From: an uncultured Chloroflexia bacterium
Lineage (GTDB): Bacteria; Chloroflexota; Limnocylindria; Limnocylindrales; CSP1-4
Direction of reading: 5' to 3'
NCBI GenBank assembly: GCA_963828165.1
Contig: CAWHDR010000001.1
Coordinates: 1,536,001 to 1,600,000 of the forward strand
Length of the DNA stretch: 64,000 nt
In this document: positions 61,270 to 64,000 of the stretch, piece after piece
Position numbering within the stretch: position 1 is the stretch's first letter
How the letters are laid out: each line of letters starts with the position of its first letter
Made by a program: the position numbers and the translations under genes
Notes under the pieces: model-generated
Told to the model about the DNA's origin: nothing
Seen by the model: the letters and a program-made list of their open reading frames with translations, nothing else
Databases searched by the model: none

Positions 61270-62031
61270 ATGAAGGGCATCGTGCTCGCTGGCGGGACCG
61301 CCACGCGCCTCTTTCCGCTCACGATCGTCACCAACAAGCACCTGCTGCCGATCTACGACCGGCCGATGATCTACTACCCCATCGAGACCCTTGCCTCGAT
61401 GGGCATCCGCGAGGTCCTGGTCGTCGTTGGTGGCAAGAGCGTCGGTGACGTCGTGGAGCTGCTCGGCGACGGCTCGCATTTCGGCCTGGACCTGACGTAC
61501 CGCTATCAGGCCGGTGCCCAGGGCATCGCCCAGGCCATCGGCCTGACCCGCCAGTTCGTCGGTGACGATGCCTTCTGCTGCGTCCTGGGGGATAACATCC
61601 TGCGCGGTCCGGCCCTCGCCGATGTCGCCCGCGAGTTCGAGGAGAGCGACCACGGCGCCGGCACGCTGCTGTATCGCGTCCCGGACCCGGAGCGCTTCGG
61701 CGTCGCGGAGCTGGACGAGAGCGGCAAGGTCGTCGGTTTCGAGGAGAAACCGAAGGTGCCCAAGAGCGACCTCATCCCGATCGGCGTGTATTTCCTGCGT
61801 CCGGACGCGTTCGATGTCATCGGCCGTCTCGCCCCCTCGAAGCGGGGCGAGTTCGAGATCACCGACGTGCTGAATCACTACATCCCCGACGGACGGCTGT
61901 TCACGCGGGTGTACGAAGGCCACTGGACCGATGCCGGGACCGTGCCGTCGCTGCTGCGCGCGTCGGAGCTGGCGCGCGACGACGACGCGGTGGGCCGGCT
62001 GCCGCCACCGTCGGAGCGTCCGATCGGATGA
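61270..62031 (+). CDS. rmlA: Glucose-1-phosphate thymidylyltransferase (short form)
   Basis: MKGIVLAGGTATRLFPLT...NKHLLPIYDRPMIYYP, LGDN, EEKP, RGEFEITD and WTDAGT. Confidence 0.93.
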   Translation: MKGIVLAGGTATRLFPLTIVTNKHLLPIYDRPMIYYPIETLASMGIREVLVVVGGKSVGDVVELLGDGSHFGLDLTYRYQAGAQGIAQAIGLTRQFVGDDAFCCVLGDNILRGPALADVAREFEESDHGAGTLLYRVPDPERFGVAELDESGKVVGFEEKPKVPKSDLIPIGVYFLRPDAFDVIGRLAPSKRGEFEITDVLNHYIPDGRLFTRVYEGHWTDAGTVPSLLRASELARDDDAVGRLPPPSERPIG

Positions 62032-63113
62032 CCGAAGGCCCCACGGATCCCGCCACCGACCCCACGGGGGCGGCCCGCGACTATCGCCGCCTCCTCGTCA
62101 CCGGAGGAGCCGGGTTCATCGGCTCGTGCTTTGTCCGTGACATCCTCGGGCGACGCGACGGCACAGAGATCACCGTTCTCGACAAGCTGACCTACGCCGG
62201 CAACGAGGCCAACCTCGCCGCGATCCGTGCCGACCCGGAGATGGACGCTCGACTGCGCTTCGTGGTCGGCGACATCGCCGACCGGGATGTCGTGAACGAC
62301 CTCGTGCGCGACGTCGATGCGGTGCTCAACTTCGCGGCGGAGTCGCACGTCGACCGGTCCATCCTTGACCCGGAGGCGTTCCTGGTGACCGGGGTCATCG
62401 GGGTCCACATGCTGCTGGAGGCCTGCCGGACCGCGCCACAGCGGCCGCGCTATCTCCAGGTCTCGACCGACGAGGTCTATGGCTCGGTGGCGGAGGGGCA
62501 GTCGCGCGAGACCGACGTCCTGGCGCCGCGCTCCCCGTACGCGGCGGCGAAAGCCAGCGGCGAGCTGCTCGTGCGGAGCTACGTCGTGACCCACGGGCTC
62601 GATGCGGTCGTCACCCGCGGCTCGAATACGTACGGGCCATATCACCATCCAGAGAAGCTCATTCCGTTGTTCGTCACCAACGCGATCGACGACCTGCCGC
62701 TGCCGCTCTACGGCGACGGCCTCCAGCGACGCGACTGGCTGTACGTGTCGGACCACGCCGCGGGCATCGATCACGTGCTCCGTCACGGCCGGACGGGCGA
62801 GACGTACAACATCGCCGGGGGCGTCGAGATGACGAACCGCGATACCGTCGGCCTCCTGCTCAAGCACCTCGGCAAGCCGTGGTCGCTGGTCCGCCACGTC
62901 GAGGATCGGCCCGGGCACGATCGACGCTACGCCATGGACGGTTCCAAGCTGTCCGAGCTCGGTTGGCGCGCGCAGACCACCTTCGAGGACGGCCTGGCCC
63001 GGACGATCGACTGGTTCGTCGACAACGAGCCGTGGTGGCGTGCCGCCCGAACCGGGGACTGGGACGCCTACTACGAGCGCCAGTACGGGCAGCGGCTGCG
63101 GACCGCGACCTGA
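62028..63113 (+). CDS. rmlB: dTDP-glucose 4,6-dehydratase
   Basis: VTGGAGFIGS, DKLTYAGN, AAESHVDRSI, STDEVYG, YAAAK and DRPGHDRRY. Confidence 0.96.
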   Translation: MTEGPTDPATDPTGAARDYRRLLVTGGAGFIGSCFVRDILGRRDGTEITVLDKLTYAGNEANLAAIRADPEMDARLRFVVGDIADRDVVNDLVRDVDAVLNFAAESHVDRSILDPEAFLVTGVIGVHMLLEACRTAPQRPRYLQVSTDEVYGSVAEGQSRETDVLAPRSPYAAAKASGELLVRSYVVTHGLDAVVTRGSNTYGPYHHPEKLIPLFVTNAIDDLPLPLYGDGLQRRDWLYVSDHAAGIDHVLRHGRTGETYNIAGGVEMTNRDTVGLLLKHLGKPWSLVRHVEDRPGHDRRYAMDGSKLSELGWRAQTTFEDGLARTIDWFVDNEPWWRAARTGDWDAYYERQYGQRLRTAT

Positions 63114-64000
63114 TGCGCGTCGCGGTCACGGGCTCGACCGGCCGGCTCGGGTCCGCCCTGGTCACCGCCCTCGGCGAGGCGCCGTTCACGGGCCCGCGCG
63201 GGCCCCTCGCGTGGACCCGGGCGGACCTGGATCTCGACGTACCGGACGGCGTGACCACTGCGCTCGACCGAGACAAGCCGGAGGTCGTGGTGCATACCGC
63301 GGCCTGGACCGACGTCGATGGCTGCGCCCGAGAGCCCGACGTCGCCCAGCGTCGCAACGGCGACGCGACCGGGGTTCTGGCTGCGGCGTGCGCGGCTCGG
63401 GGCGTCGAGCTCCTGGTCGTCTCGACGAACGAGGTGTTCGCCGGGGATCGCGACAGTCGGGTGGGGTACGCGCCCAGCGATCCGACGTCGCCCCCGAACG
63501 CCTACGGCCGCTCGAAGCTGGCCGGCGAACGGGCTGCCACCGAGGCGTTCGGGGAGGCCGGCCGGGACGGCAGTCTCGGGATCGCGCGGACCGCCTGGCT
63601 GTTCGGGCCTCCCGGGCGCGACTTTCCGCACAAGATCCTCGACGCCGCGGCGAAGGCGCAGGCCGAGGGGGCGCCGCTGCGCGTCGTCGGCGACGAGTGG
63701 GGCACGCCCACGTACGCCGCCGACGCCGCCGACGCGATCGTCGAGCTGCTGGGTGCCGACGCCCTCGCCGGTGTCCATCACCTCGTCAACGACGAGGTCG
63801 CCACCCGAGCGACCTGGGCCGAGGACATCCTGGATCGGCTCGGGGTGGGCTGGGCCGTACAGCCCGTGCCTGGAACCACGTGGGCGCGCGCGTCCGTGCC
63901 ACCGCGTTGGGGCGTGCTCGCCGCGACGCCCCTCCCGAGTGGCGAGCCCATGCGTTCGTGGCGCGCGGCGATGGCCGACTACGCGCCCGTGCTCAGGCGC
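63113..64000 (+). CDS. rmlD: dTDP-4-dehydrorhamnose reductase (3' end truncated by the window)
   Basis: MRVAVTGSTGRLG, HTAAWTDVD, YGRSKLAGE, RTAWLFG and GTPTY; TGATG overlap with rmlB. Confidence 0.88.
   Translation, partial: MRVAVTGSTGRLGSALVTALGEAPFTGPRGPLAWTRADLDLDVPDGVTTALDRDKPEVVVHTAAWTDVDGCAREPDVAQRRNGDATGVLAAACAARGVELLVVSTNEVFAGDRDSRVGYAPSDPTSPPNAYGRSKLAGERAATEAFGEAGRDGSLGIARTAWLFGPPGRDFPHKILDAAAKAQAEGAPLRVVGDEWGTPTYAADAADAIVELLGADALAGVHHLVNDEVATRATWAEDILDRLGVGWAVQPVPGTTWARASVPPRWGVLAATPLPSGEPMRSWRAAMADYAPVLRR

Overview
A high-GC, gene-dense bacterial chromosomal segment. The gene content suggests Chloroflexota or an Actinobacteria-like lineage, which is inference only. Core genes are pdxS/pdxT, tldD/tldE, tmk, guaB3, guaA, radC-mreB-mreC, rmlA-rmlB-rmlD and the leucine-catabolism genes liuB and liuC. 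Accessory signalling modules sit between them. No rRNA, tRNA, CRISPR array, transposase or integrase was recognised. The most interesting region is 16.9-24.5 kb, a partner-switching operon with no sigma factor. It encodes a PP2C phosphatase fused to an RsbW-like kinase, two STAS proteins, two paralogous membrane receptors and a DUF1990-like gene. The receptors appear to end with the first part of a GAF domain and the phosphatase appears to begin with the rest (a split GAF). The operon is divergent from a SARP/BTAD-TPR activator lacking its ATPase domain, and an identical 13-bp site lies 15 bp upstream of a -10-like hexamer at two of its promoters. Other points of interest are a UPF0182/zinc-ribbon/CPBP membrane cluster, a tmk-ECF sigma-diguanylate cyclase-darA locus, palindromic elements flanking radC, pervasive leaderless-type promoters, and nine +1 frameshifts that look like assembly artefacts from two merged alleles.
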